From positions 38,006,001-38,070,000 of the forward strand of contig CM126225.1 of the NCBI GenBank assembly GCA_052327205.1: a stretch of DNA of 64,000 nt, read 5' to 3'. The translations under genes and the position numbers were made by a program. A model generated the notes under the pieces. That model was not told the origin of the DNA and did no database searches. It saw only the letters and a list, made by a program, of their open reading frames with translations. This document shows positions 25,309-37,089 of this stretch, piece by piece. Within the stretch, counting starts at the first letter, position 1. Each line of letters begins with the position of its first letter. The DNA comes from Somniosus microcephalus (Eukaryota).

Positions 25309-26439
25309 AGTACTTCAGGATGAAACCCATAAAATTAGAATAGAATATCTGCACATAGATCTCCTTCCTTGTCTCAGTGGTTAAATGTACTACATGTCAT
25401 TGCACTGATCTAAACAGACCATGAAGGTTTTTGTTTCACTCCCTAATCTGTGTTGGGTGAACCAATCTCAGTCAATGAAGGGAGAAAGTTTAGCTCGGAT
25501 TCCTGCCCCTGATTGCCATCCATTAACCCTGCTGGAAAGTCGATATGTGTGGATTCAAGATTGGACCAGTTGTGATGCTCCCCTGGTTTGATGGCACACA
25601 TTATCAAAGCTCATGAATTAAGGTTGGTTATTTGGTGAGGTGCTGCAGCTGCATGTTTTCAATAGAGGAAGGGTAAGGCAAGAAAATTGAATAGAATTTT
25701 TTTTTTAATCCGTATTTCACCCTCTTACGCCCAGCCTCGTGTTGAGATGACAGGCAAGTGAACTTTGTTCTGGCATTTGACACTACCGTTTTTAACCATC
25801 CCCTCAGAGATATGAGCCAAGCGTGATTTGCCCTCTGAATTTCACTTCCTCTTTGTGAAGAAGGGCCACATTCGGTGCTTCCTCTTGATGGCAACAGGTT
25901 AGATTGAGAGCTCATCCTATGGAAAAATTGTGGATGCAAACCAAAGTCCATTGACTGGCACATAGGCCCACCAATACACAGTACCACCAGGTAGCCCCAC
26001 AGAACAGGTGCAGAATCCGAAAGGCAGATAGTAAAACAGTGCCCAAAAGGTGTAAGAATCTCAGTAAACAGACACAGCTGGAAGAATGAAAAGAGGAAGG
26101 AACTTTCTGCATTTACTTTATTGCGGAAACACTGGGGCGAAATTCCTCTCGTTGATAATTTTTACGGAGAAATCAGTACGTGTACAAAATTGGATCATCG
26201 ACACAAGGAATTTCACTTCTACTGTTAGTTGCCTCCAACTACATGCAATCAGAAAAATAGGAACTTTAATGGAGTTTATGGCTTTACCAATGAGATTTGG
26301 AAATGGAGAGTGAGAGATTTTTTCCCAGTGATGACAATCTCTGGAAATGTCCATGAGAGAAAAATGTCCTGTTTCCTCTAAGGGAAAATATGCATAGGCT
26401 ACAGAGCCCAATTGAGTGTAGTGGTCACATGATATCGCT

Positions 26440-26780
26440 GAAATGCATTATGAAGATGACATTCTGGGTAACAAAGAAACTGTTTCCAGTGGCAGAAGGG
26501 TCGGTAACCAAAGGTCACATTTAAAGTCATTGATAAAAGAATCAGTGGTGACATGAGGGAAAAAAGATTTACGTAGCGAATTGTTATGATCTGGAATGCA
26601 CTGCCTTGAAGAGTGGTGGAAGCAGATTCAATATTAACTTTCAAAAGGGAATTGGATAAATATTTGAAGTGGAAAAAATTGCAGGGCTGTGGGGAAAGAG
26701 CAGGGGAGTGGGACTAATTGGACAGCTCTTTCAAAAGAGCCGAATGGCCTCCTTCTGTGCTGCATCATTCTATGATTCTA
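26440..26780 (+). mobile_element. CR1 3' fragment
   Basis: gaaactgtttccagtggcagaagggtcggtaacc...tggaatgcactgcc...ccgaatggcctccttctgtgctg..ttctatgattcta. Confidence 0.75.
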
Positions 26781-27246
26781 AGAAAGAAAGACAAACTTGC
26801 ATTTATATAGCTCCTTTCACGACCTCAGGACGTCCCAAAGTGCTTTGCAGCCAATAAAGTACTTTTGAAGTATAGTCACTGTTGTAATGTAGGAAACACG
26901 ACAGCCAATTTGCGCACAGCAAGCTCCCACAACAGCAATATGATTATGACCAGATAATCTGTTTTAGTGTTGTTGGTTGAGGGATAAATATTGGCCCAGG
27001 ACACCGGGGAGAACTCCCCTGCTCTTCTTCGAAATAGTGTCATGGGATCTTCTACGTCCACTTGAGAGAGCAGGCGGTTTATCGTCTCATCTGAAAGACA
27101 GCACCTCTGACAATACAGCACTCCCTCAGTACTGCACTGGAGTGTCAGTCTACATTTTTATGCTCAAGTCTCTGGAGTGGGACTTGAACCTACAACCTTC
27201 TGACTCAGTGGCGAGAGTGCTACCAACTGTGAGCCATGGCTGACAC
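26781..27246 (-). mobile_element. Full-length tRNA-derived Deu-domain SINE (SacSINE1/AmnSINE1 superfamily)
   Basis: Minus strand begins gtgtcagccatggctcacagttggtagcac (A box) ...ggttcaagtccc (B box), then a central domain recalled as Deu, then an L2-like tail ...gctatataaatgcaagt(cttt)n. Confidence 0.85.
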
Positions 27247-28960
27247 GGCCGAAAGCTCGCTGCCTATCTTATTGAAAGGACCTTGTTATGTAGAATTAGT
27301 TTTTCCAGTTTTAGTGGGCAAGAATCCATAGCACAAGTTGGCAGCCTCACTCTGATACCATTGGAAGATTTCCTCTATGCAATCATAAACCTGTTTATAA
27401 AGAACAGTTATAATTTTGCTACATGCAGAGTATAGAGGAAATCTTCCCCATAAGGGTAAATGATGTGGCAAATGGAAAAAATATCACCATGTTGTGGTGC
27501 AGTAATTGTTCTTCTGAGTTTGGAGTTGAAGTGCATTGCTGAGTAGGTTTGGCCAATGCTGTACCTTACTTGAAAGGTGTTGGTGCTGGGTGCCACGTGT
27601 ACAAAAGTGTTCCATTACTCAACAGTAATCATCGTGATGGGGGCAAAAACATCACAAAAGAAAAAAATATTGACATAAAAGCAGCTTGTTTTGCTTTAGT
27701 TATGTTACTTAAAAGACTCGCATGCCCTATTTTGGACTTAATAATACAGTAGGTCTGAGTGTTGATTTGGTTGCCATTTCATATGTCGGAGAATCCAAAA
27801 TGTTGTTTTTTCACATCGTGAATTAATACTTCATGGCCATTGGTGCAGGTCAATGTTACAGAATTAATTTTATAAGTCACCTTCAAAGTTTCATCCAGAT
27901 ACTGAACTATAGGAATAATAGAGCATTTCAGCCATGACACAGAATGAGGTGCGAAAGACAGCCATAGCTCACTACTTCCCGTGGAGCTCATGAGTTATGG
28001 GCTGTTCAAGCTTTAGAAGGAATTGCTGTAACTCACCGTCACAGGTGAGGTTCCCTTTGTTTAAAACATATGGAAAATACCCTAGAGGATGTTGTGGGGG
28101 ATTTGCAAAACAGTACAGCTTTGGTGTTTAGGATTGTAGCATTTCGGTCTTGCCCACCTAAAGACCTGTATCATACCTTTATGCTAATTTCAGGAAATGA
28201 AAAGAACGTTCTGCCCAGAACAATGCAATGTTGCTTTTGGAACATTAGTCTGAAAGATTTGTTACTCACAGTTTACAAAGGATACATTGAAGACAGAATC
28301 CAGGAAATGCTGCAGGATAGCTTGGGGCAGATGCAAAATGCAGATAGGTGTATATTTCTCATGCAAATTTCTTCTTCATCTGCTTTAGAGTAAAATATGT
28401 GAAGGTTTTCAATATTTTATAAAACTTTTTATTTAAATGTGGCTATTTAACTTTCGTTTTGCAAAAGGATTCCATTTGCACACTGGTGTGAAATACTGTG
28501 TAATAACAAGCTGTCGGTAATGGTTAATGAAGTTATAATGAACAAGAAGTCTGCCTGTATCTGTGGGGGTAACCACATTGTGATAATGTTGGGACATAGC
28601 GAGGATGAGCCTGTTTACAAAGAATTGACTTATGGATAAATGCACCACCCATGTGTGGTACTGAGACGTACAAATAAAAGTAAGGTCACTTGTTCAAATC
28701 AAGAACTGGACACGACAATTAGCCTCAACGTCCCTGATGATATCCGTTAACTCAGTACTGACCAAGGATCAAACCTCGGCAGGGAAAGTGAAAATCAGCC
28801 ACGGTTCTTCATCACTATCCAGGGACCCCTGCTGGAAAGTGCACATTTGTAGGCACAGGGTAAGGACTGGATCAGCCTCGGATGTGATGCCCCACAGTTG
28901 AATAGTCTGTTGACATTCACTGTCTGGACTCATAACTGAAGAATGGCTACTTGGATGAGA

Positions 28961-29284
28961 TAAAAACAGAAAATGCTGGAAATGCTCAGCAGGTTCGATT
29001 TCCCAGTGTCCTATTATAAACCCGAAAGACACTACACATTTCCAGTAGAACTTCCATTTTAGTTTACTGCAAAACAGCTCACGCACATACCTTGGAAGTT
29101 GCATTAAAATGGTACTTTGTAGTGGACAGAGAAATAAAGTTAACGTTTCAGGTCGATGACCTTTCGTCTGACCTGAAACGTTAACTCTGTTTCTCTCTCC
29201 ACAGATGCTGCCTGACCTGCTGAGTATTTCCAGCATTTTCTGTTTTTATTTCAGATTTCCAGCATCTGCAGTATTTTGCTTTTG
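28961..29284 (+). mobile_element. Miniature inverted PLE pLTR pair containing a 129-bp templated insertion
   Basis: Tailless inverted arm at 28961-29168 and tailed arm at 29170-29284. Centre agttaacgtttcaggtc...gacctgaaacgttaact. Diverged TSD tacttggatgaga / tacttggggtgaga. Inserted into a family-B SINE. Confidence 0.8.
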
Positions 29285-31459
29285 TACTTGGGGTGAGATG
29301 CTGGATGGCTGCTGACATCTGTGGAATTTTATCTTACCATTAGTCAGTGCTTTCAGGAGAACGGGAGAAAACCAGAGGAAAAAACAAAATAAAATGATCA
29401 CTACTAGCATGGAAAAGAATGCTAACGTGCCGACAGCTTCTTGCTTATTGTTGACATCAGATTCTGGGCCTACTAACAATGCTATATGAATCTAAGAGGA
29501 AATTTTCCAATGGGTGATCTTTTTGTGTGAGCACTTAAGGCAATCCTGCCAGCATTATTTAAAGGCAGGCATTAACCCGACCATGTTTGACATTGAAAGC
29601 ACAGTGCAGGTTAAAATGGCAGCTGCTGTTAAATGGAATGACTGTTGATAACTGCAGCACCAAGCAACAGTTAAGTCAATTGCAGTGATCTAATGGGTAT
29701 GTAGTACCTAGGCATTATTCGATATAGTACTCTAGCAGTGAAGATCGTGACTTTTTGAAATACTGTCAAGTTTACTGGTCAGGACAGTGCTAATTTTCAG
29801 GTCTCCTTTGTTCCTCTTGTTCATTGCTCGATTTCCCAGTGTCCTATAATAAACCCGAAAGATGCGACACATTTCCAGTAGAACTTCCATTTTAGTTTAC
29901 TGCAAAACAGCTCGCGCACATACCTTGGAAGTTGCATTAAAATGGTACTTTGTAGTTTGCAATATCACCATAGTTGTGTTTCAAAACCATTTCCTACAAC
30001 CAAGAATAAAAAGATTCAATGAGTCTGATTAATTATTAGTAAACATGTTTTTGGATTATTCATCAGTAGGAGTGAAAATAAATAAAGGTGAGTGACATGC
30101 CTCCTCCCCTCCCTGCAGCTCACTCGCCATCATCTGTTTATACAGTCTGTGGATGTGCTATTGTAATCAATTGCTAATTGGATCCATTGATGCAACTCAG
30201 CTGCTCGATGCCCTGTAGCCTCCTGCCGTTCCCCTGTGTAACAATTGACATTTAAAAAAAAAGAAAATTTGTACTTTTCAAAGCCCAGAAAACTACAATT
30301 CAACAAATTGTTAATGGCCGAGAAAACACATAGGTCTGTCTGTAGCCATACCATGTGTCCTATGGCAGTGAAAGATTTGACAATCTGATATTTTTTTTTG
30401 CTAAGCTTCATTGCCTCTGCTGTTCAGGAGAAGCTTGTACTGTGGTAATCCCAATTGAATGAGAACTGCATATGGTTTTCACTAACCCTTGACGTCAACC
30501 AGTAAGTGCATCAGATGGTATTGGATTTCAACTTCACCATTATAGAATAGGGCAAACAGTTCAGGAGAAGTGAGTTTTAAAAATGATTTGCTTCTCTGCA
30601 GTCTCCCCATCCCCAGTAATTTGAATGTTTCCCCACTTTAGGTTTGCTTGAACCATTACTCTATGAGGGGACAGGAAAGTGACCTGTACCCAGATCTCTC
30701 CCATCACTCACCCTCTCGGCAGTAGCTTTGCCTCTCCCTGGCACTTGCCCTTAGATAATCTAACTGAAATTGGGAGTTTGAGACAGGAAGAGATTTTGCT
30801 TGCAGTGGCATCAGAGCACATTAATCACCGTTCACATGCTGCTTTTTGATTTGGAACAGTAGGCAACGGCGAACAAATTTGAGAGTGTTAAGGCTGTGCA
30901 ACATTTCTATATTGCAAAATGGAACTTTTTGTGGCTGGTTAACAATATCAAACACAATTTGAGAAGTTCAGGCCTGTTGTGATCTTTACAATAGGAAGAA
31001 AATCTTAAAAATTTTTGTTTGAAGATTTTACTCATTTTTATTTCTTTCATTCCTCCTTTCCCATCGCTTTTCTCCCTCCTCACCTTGCTGAGATGCAGTT
31101 CTTTGGGTACCAGTCTTCTTCCAGTACCTCTCTCAAGTGGCCATTCCTCATTTGCGAGCCAAGACAGACAGTTTGACCATATTAGCGCAATAGCATGAAT
31201 GACCCAAGATTCATGCATATGTACTTCCAGCAGTTTTCATTTTTAATGATCAAGTGTCGAAACCCAAGCTGATTTTCCCTTCCATAACCCAGGAACTCTG
31301 AGGCCAATTGTAGTACCCTAACGTCAGCGAACTCTGCATAGACATGGGGACTTCCCTGGTCTGTACAACTCTGCTGGTTACTACCATAACTAGTCAAGCT
31401 GTTTGAAAACTCCAGATCGATTTTCCTGACCTTTGGTCCTTTCCGCAATTCTGCAAAGG

Positions 31460-31641
31460 CAGTTGATGCTAGATCAATTGTTAATTTTAAATCTGAGATT
31501 GGTAGATTTTTGTTAACCAAAGGTATTAAGGGATACGGGGCAAAGGCGGATATATGGAGTTAGGTCGCAGATCAGCCATGATCTCATTGAATGGCGGAAT
31601 AGGCTCGAGGAGCAAAATGGCCTACTCCTGTTCCTATGTTA
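31460..31641 (+). mobile_element. CR1 3' end
   Basis: gatcagccatgatctcattgaatggcgg...tggcctactcctgttcctatgtt. Confidence 0.75.
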
Positions 31642-31998
31642 CGGGGAATGCCCATTTTTCCATGCACAAGGGTCAGGATAAAGGGAGTGGAGTCCTGTTT
31701 TTGCTGTGACTTCATTTCTTTTTGCATTTCTCAGGATTTCCAGGGCGCTTCTGCATGGGTGGAACTCTGCTTGCAATAGGTGTAGCCCCATCGTTCTCGT
31801 GTAAATGAGGCATGAGGAGATCTTTTTCTCTTGGAGTTGTGGCTAGGAGGTGCCCCACAAAGCAGGCATTGGGCTTGTGCAGCAGCCAGAAGGCCCTAAG
31901 GCTGACAGCCAGGAAAATTTCTTCCAATTATTGCCAGCACTCTGCTCTGCTGGAGAGCAGGCCTGTGCTGGGAGTGTCCCCAAGCTGTGTTACAATAT

Positions 31999-32272
31999 AA
32001 GCTTTAGATTTATGACTTGGCGAAATGCTTTAAACTTGAGGAGCCTGATTTTCCTGGTTTCCTTCTACCCCAGCACTGAACAACAGTAGCTCATCCACAG
32101 TGCACTGCGCCTGTACAGGTACAGGTGGGCCGGAATGGCAAACCTATACCTTGTTAGGTGCAGTGCACTTTGGATGAGCTGCTGCTGCTGTCCAGTACTG
32201 GGGCAGAAGGAAACCAGAAAAATCAGCCTCTTAAACTCTAAAGCATTTAACAATTTCGTAATTGTAAAGCTT
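31999..32272. repeat. Long imperfect inverted repeat, probably an old fold-back MITE
   Basis: ~115-bp arms (ctgattttcctggtttccttctaccccagcactg...gctcatccacagtgcactgc / gcagtgcactttggatgagc...cagtactggggcagaaggaaaccagaaaaatcag) around a ~45-bp spacer. Confidence 0.8.
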
Positions 32273-33534
32273 GCAATGGCCATATATCTCCACCACCATC
32301 TTGAACTTTAAAAGAGCTGCTTTGTTTATAAACATCCGTTCCTGCCTTACTGTCTTGAATTACTGGTGCTGCCTTTTCATCTTCTTCAACAAGATGGCAT
32401 GCAGTACAGGAGAGGCCTTAAGACCGAGTCAAATGGCCTGTGCGGTAGTTGACTTTCATCTCGGGAGGTGGTATTTGTTTTGCTGCAAAGTGGTAGGCAA
32501 CTGCATTTTTACCCTTGTATTGTTGCAGGAAGGCTTTGATTCTATCCCTTAGAGACAGCTTTATTACTCTTCTTCCTCTCAGCAGAGGGATTGCTCTAAG
32601 TCCACACACTCACCTAATGGCACTCAAAACCCTTTGTACTTGTTTTTGCACAATACAAAGCAGGAGAAAAGGGCTTTTGTTTGGACCGATTTGTCTAAAG
32701 TAGTAAAGAAAAAAAACTTGTCTAGAAGGGTTAGAAGGTGCAGCCCACCACGCCTCATCCTTCCAGCTTTCTGGCCCTGAGTTAAAACAGTATAGCTGTT
32801 CTCAGGGGAATCGACCCTGGGATTTTTGGGTGGATTTGTGCAATATCATTAATCACCGACCAGGGAGTCACTTGGCAACTGGCAAAATATTTGTCAGACG
32901 TGTAGAAATGGGAAGCGAGTTGAGGGATTGAGCTACCAGACGGGAACATACTCAGCGAGCAGCATGCATGGGGGCGACAGGCTGCAGACTGCTCTGAATG
33001 CCTTCACACGACAGGAAAGACGCCTGGGAAGGGGATAATAAGGCAAGGGACAGGAAATCCTTAATGTTGCTGGCAGTCACTGGTAAATATATAACTCTCA
33101 GCAGAACTTAAAAGATAAAATTAGTTTGGATGTGCAGTGCTGTTAAATGATATCCAGACTTAAGTCTTTGACTTCCAGGAATAGATATTTTAATACTTTG
33201 TATTTTTTAAACAGTTGACTCCCACTGTTGATTAAAATGTTTGAAGTACTTTGTACAAAGCGTTTTTTGTTAGTTGCACATGTCTCTGCATCAGAGCATA
33301 GCTTGCATTAATTAACGCAACAGCAGTGAAAAATGGTCATGTTTAAAATGAAAGAGTAAAATTGTCAATGTGTTTTAATAGTTTGTCCCACCAGAACATA
33401 GAGTAAATTTATTCACTGTCAATTCAATAACTGATGACACTGTCTTTTTGAGAAACTGCTCTGGAGGACAAGCTGCCTTAATCAGTCTAATTTTGTGTTC
33501 GGAATTATATTGAAATGTGTGTGTTTATTATGCA

Positions 33535-33800
33535 GTGGTTTACTAACTGGAACTGTGCACTGCGCCATTGTGTTGCATTGTAATGTATTGTGTTATGCAG
33601 TTGTGTTGCATTGCATCGTGCCTGAATGTTGTGTAGTTCAGTCTGTCTGGAGATATTTTCTGGCATCTTATGTTTTGTTCAGCTGTACTGTGTTGAATTG
33701 CATTGTGTTGAGCTTTGTTGTGCTGTGCTCTCTTGAGTTGTGTTGTCATGTCTTGTGTCAGTATTGTATTTAATTGAATCATAGTGCATTGTGCTGTGAC
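33535..33800. repeat. Degenerate pentamer-like microsatellite (TGTGY/TGCAT)n
   Basis: Repeated tgtgt/tgcat/tgtat units; explains the Cys/Val-rich ORF 33495..33773. Confidence 0.65.
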
Positions 33801-34407
33801 ATGTTACGTTGAACCCTGCTGCACTATGCGTCGCTGATATTGTGGTTGCAGGAGACCGCGCTGCTCTGTGAATATGCTGAAACTTACAGCAGTTTGCTAC
33901 TGGTTTCAATAGATATTTAAATTACTGTATTTTTTGGGTGGGGTCTGCAAAATTACTGTACTGTGGAACATTACCATTTCACTTCATGTCGAAGGCATTG
34001 TTGCACAATAGAATGATTCTAAGAGTAATAGAAAATGTTCCGCCACTGACGTCTGTATTAACTCGCTACTAATGAGCTGTATTTGTCCCTCCAGCAGAAG
34101 GGGGCATCTACTTTGACGTAGCAGTTGTCAAATTATTTGTAATGCTGCGGAAGTGTTATACTGGAACCTTGATTATGCACCGTATTGGAAATCGGCGGGT
34201 AATCAAAGATCCATTTTATTCCTTAATGTCATCCAGAGTACATTTTATTCAAATCTAAACCAAGAGAGGATGATGCATAGTCACTGTTAAAGAAATGTAT
34301 GTTTAGCCACATTCTATCAAAGCTTGTGTTTGGGTTAAGCAATGATAATTTTTATATGGATTTCATGTTCACAGTTTGAGAATAATCAGCTGAGTTCAAC
34401 AATATTC

Positions 34408-34975
34408 TAGAATCATACTGCACAGAAGGAGGCTATTCGGCCCATCGTGTCTGTGCCGGCTCTTTGAAAGAGCTGTTCTATCAATCCCACTCCCCCGCTC
34501 TTTTCCCATAGCCCTGCAAATGTTTCCTTTTCAAGTATACAGGAGACTTTGTATTATCCGGCACCGACGGGACCGAGCTGTTGCCGTTCCCTCAAAACTG
34601 CTGGACACACCAGCGTTAATGTTGAAACATACGGAGCTTTTCATCTCCGTATCTGACAACAAACACTGTTGCTTAGCAACAGCTTCTAAACAGTCGGCCC
34701 GTACCTTGGAAGCGTCTCTGTAGCTTAGCAACAGCTTCAGAGAGACTTTCCAGAGCCTGACTGTTGGGAAAAAAAAAGCCACGAGAAGGAAAAAAAAAGC
34801 CACGAGAAGGAAAAAAACCTAACAAAACGGCTCCTGATTTTTGCCGGTGGCTCGAGCTTGCCGGACACTTAGCCTCTGGATAACACAAAGTTTCCTGTAT
34901 ATCCAATTCACTTTCAAAAGTTACTATTGAATCAGCTTCCACCACACTGTCAGGCAGTGCATTCCAGATTATAAC
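34408..34975 (-). mobile_element. CR1 3' fragment interrupted by a MITE
   Basis: tagaatcatactgcacagaaggaggctattcggcccatc... resumes after 34899 with tatccaattc...caggcagtgcattccaga. Confidence 0.8.
34540..34897. mobile_element. CAGGAAACT-family MITE
   Basis: TA|caggagactttgtattatccgg...ggataacacaaagtttcctg|TA. Internally collinear with 19106-19438. Confidence 0.88.
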
Positions 34976-35519
34976 AGCAGCAATTTCTTATGTTCAAGAA
35001 GCATTGTTGCCAATATCAGACCGTCTTAAAAGGAGAAATAACAGCAGAAAACGCTGGAAAAACTCAGCAGGCCAGGCAGCATCTGTGGTTGTTTTTTAAC
35101 AGCTGTGAAGATAATGAGGGGGATGTGTTCGTCCACCTCATTCTTTTGGCAAGAGTTTTTTCCTCTTCCCAGAAGGAAAGATAATGGGTGGAATCATTTA
35201 CTGCTGCTCGTGACTCCCCTTGCTTTCTCGGCCTTGACTCCTGTTTCTCCAACCCAGAATCCAACTACGACCCTAGCCCTAACTCCTGCTGCTTTTACAG
35301 CCTTGAATCCAGTTACAGAGGTATGTGGATAGTAGTAAGGCATACTGTACTGCGTACCTACTTCATGGGCACTATTCTTATTCTTTTGTCTGAACTCTTT
35401 TGGGTATGTTCAGAATAATCAACAATTTAAAACACATACGGTTATAATTTGAGAGAGAGCACTCTTCTCTACTTAACTCAAACAGACCATCACTTTCATT
35501 AAGAATTGACAAACACTTA

Positions 35520-36216
35520 GCCAAAGTCAAGAGAGACCTTAGCTGAGCCTGCTTGTCTGACAGCCAGTCCTGGATGAGTTGCAGTTTCCTCCAGTTCACC
35601 ATTGGGAAGATCAATGCCATTGTCTTTGGCCCCCACCAGAAACTCGATTCCCTCGCCACTGATTGCATTCCCCTCCCTGGCCGCTGTCTCTGGCTGAACC
35701 AGACTGTTTACGACCTCAGCATTCTATCTGACTTTGAGGTGAGCTTCCGACCCCATATCCTCTCCGTCACACAGGCCACCTACCTCTCCACCTCCATACG
35801 TTGCCTGTCTCCGCCCCGCCTCAAGTCCTCTGCTGCCGAAACCCTCATCTGTGCTTTTGTTGCCTCCAGACTCGACTATTCCAGGGATGCCGTGGCCATG
35901 GCCGGCCATCTTCCACCCTCCATAAACTTCAGCTCATCCAAAACTCTGCTGGCTGTATCCGAACCCACACAATGTCCCGCTCACCCACCACCCCAGTGCT
36001 TGCTGACCTACATTGGCTCCCAGTCCACCAAAGCCTCGGTTTCAAAATTCTCCTTCTTTAAGACCCTCCTTAAAACCTACCTCTTTAACCAAGCTTTCAG
36101 TGACCTTCCTAATATCTCCTTTGGCTCGGTGTCAGTTTTTGTCCGATTACGCTCTTGTGAAGCGCCTTGGGATGTTTTCCTACGTTCAAGGCGCTATATA
36201 AATGCAAGCTGTTGTT
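35520..36216 (+). mobile_element. L2 LINE 3' fragment
   Basis: SSAAETLICAFVASRLDY, LQLIQNSA, TPVLADLHWLPV; tail aggcgctatataaatgcaagctgttgttg. Confidence 0.85.
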
Positions 36217-36728
36217 GGCAAGAAATCTGCTTTGAAAAGAGCTAGCAAAACTTTTAGCATTGTAAACACTGATTAATGAGCATTGAGATATACATTTATT
36301 GTAGTTTAATTTTATTCTAAGCCTTATGCAGCTGAATAAACAGCAGTACCATCTGTGAACTCACAAAGACTAATGCAGGATTATGCACACTATGATTTTT
36401 TTTTTCTTATCAGCTTTCCCCACATGTTTTCACCTCCCCACTCTTGTCATGAAAGTAGTGACTCTCTGCTGAGGTACAGTTCCTCAGGCACTGGGCACTC
36501 TCCAGTACCTTGTCCAAGTGGCTGTTGTTCATATGTGGGCCTCAATAGTGAGTATTAGCAGGCTATTTAACCACAGGAGCATCAAAGCCAAGCTCGATCT
36601 TGTCCTCCGCCAATGCCCACACACACGTGGTTGCTGAATAGCAATTAGATATGGGAAGATGAGCTAATTTACCCCTCCCTAACCTTGTACTGGAGTACTG
36701 AAGCCAGTTTTCACACCCAAGCTGAGAC

Positions 36729-37089
36729 AGAGTTGCAAACATTCCAGGAATTAAATGTTAATCTCCAGGACACTGCAGCGAGCAACCCAGGAGAAAAATC
36801 GTTGGAGCATCAAAGAAAATGTTTTTTTTCTCACTTTCCTTGAACACTTTTGTTTATTAGTTATAAGATTATTGGAGATGGGAGAGAAGGCTGTTTGACT
36901 GAGTCAAGAATCATCCATTGAGTAATGAAGAGTCTCTTTGCTTTTCAATTGGCTGTGGGATGGCAGTGCACTGAGAGGATGGGCGTGTCAGGCGACCAAT
37001 GACAGGAGCGTGGGGGTGGAGCGGTTGGAGGCAGGAGGTCATGTGATGAAACCTCCTGGATTACATCTGACCAGAGTTGGCAACCCTAG
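36729..37089. mobile_element. Possible old hAT-type non-autonomous element
   Basis: Right end gttggcaacccta; left end agagttgcaaac approximates agggttgccaac. No TSD confirmed. Confidence 0.4.

Noticed and set aside
27170-27246. tRNA gene
   Set aside because: A and B boxes belong to the SINE head and continue into the SINE body; no acceptor stem or terminator seen.
28070-28393. 107-aa ORF as a gene or transposase fragment
   Set aside because: No motif recognised and no supporting structure.
33495-33773. Cys/Val-rich membrane-like ORF
   Set aside because: Translation of a degenerate TG-rich microsatellite.
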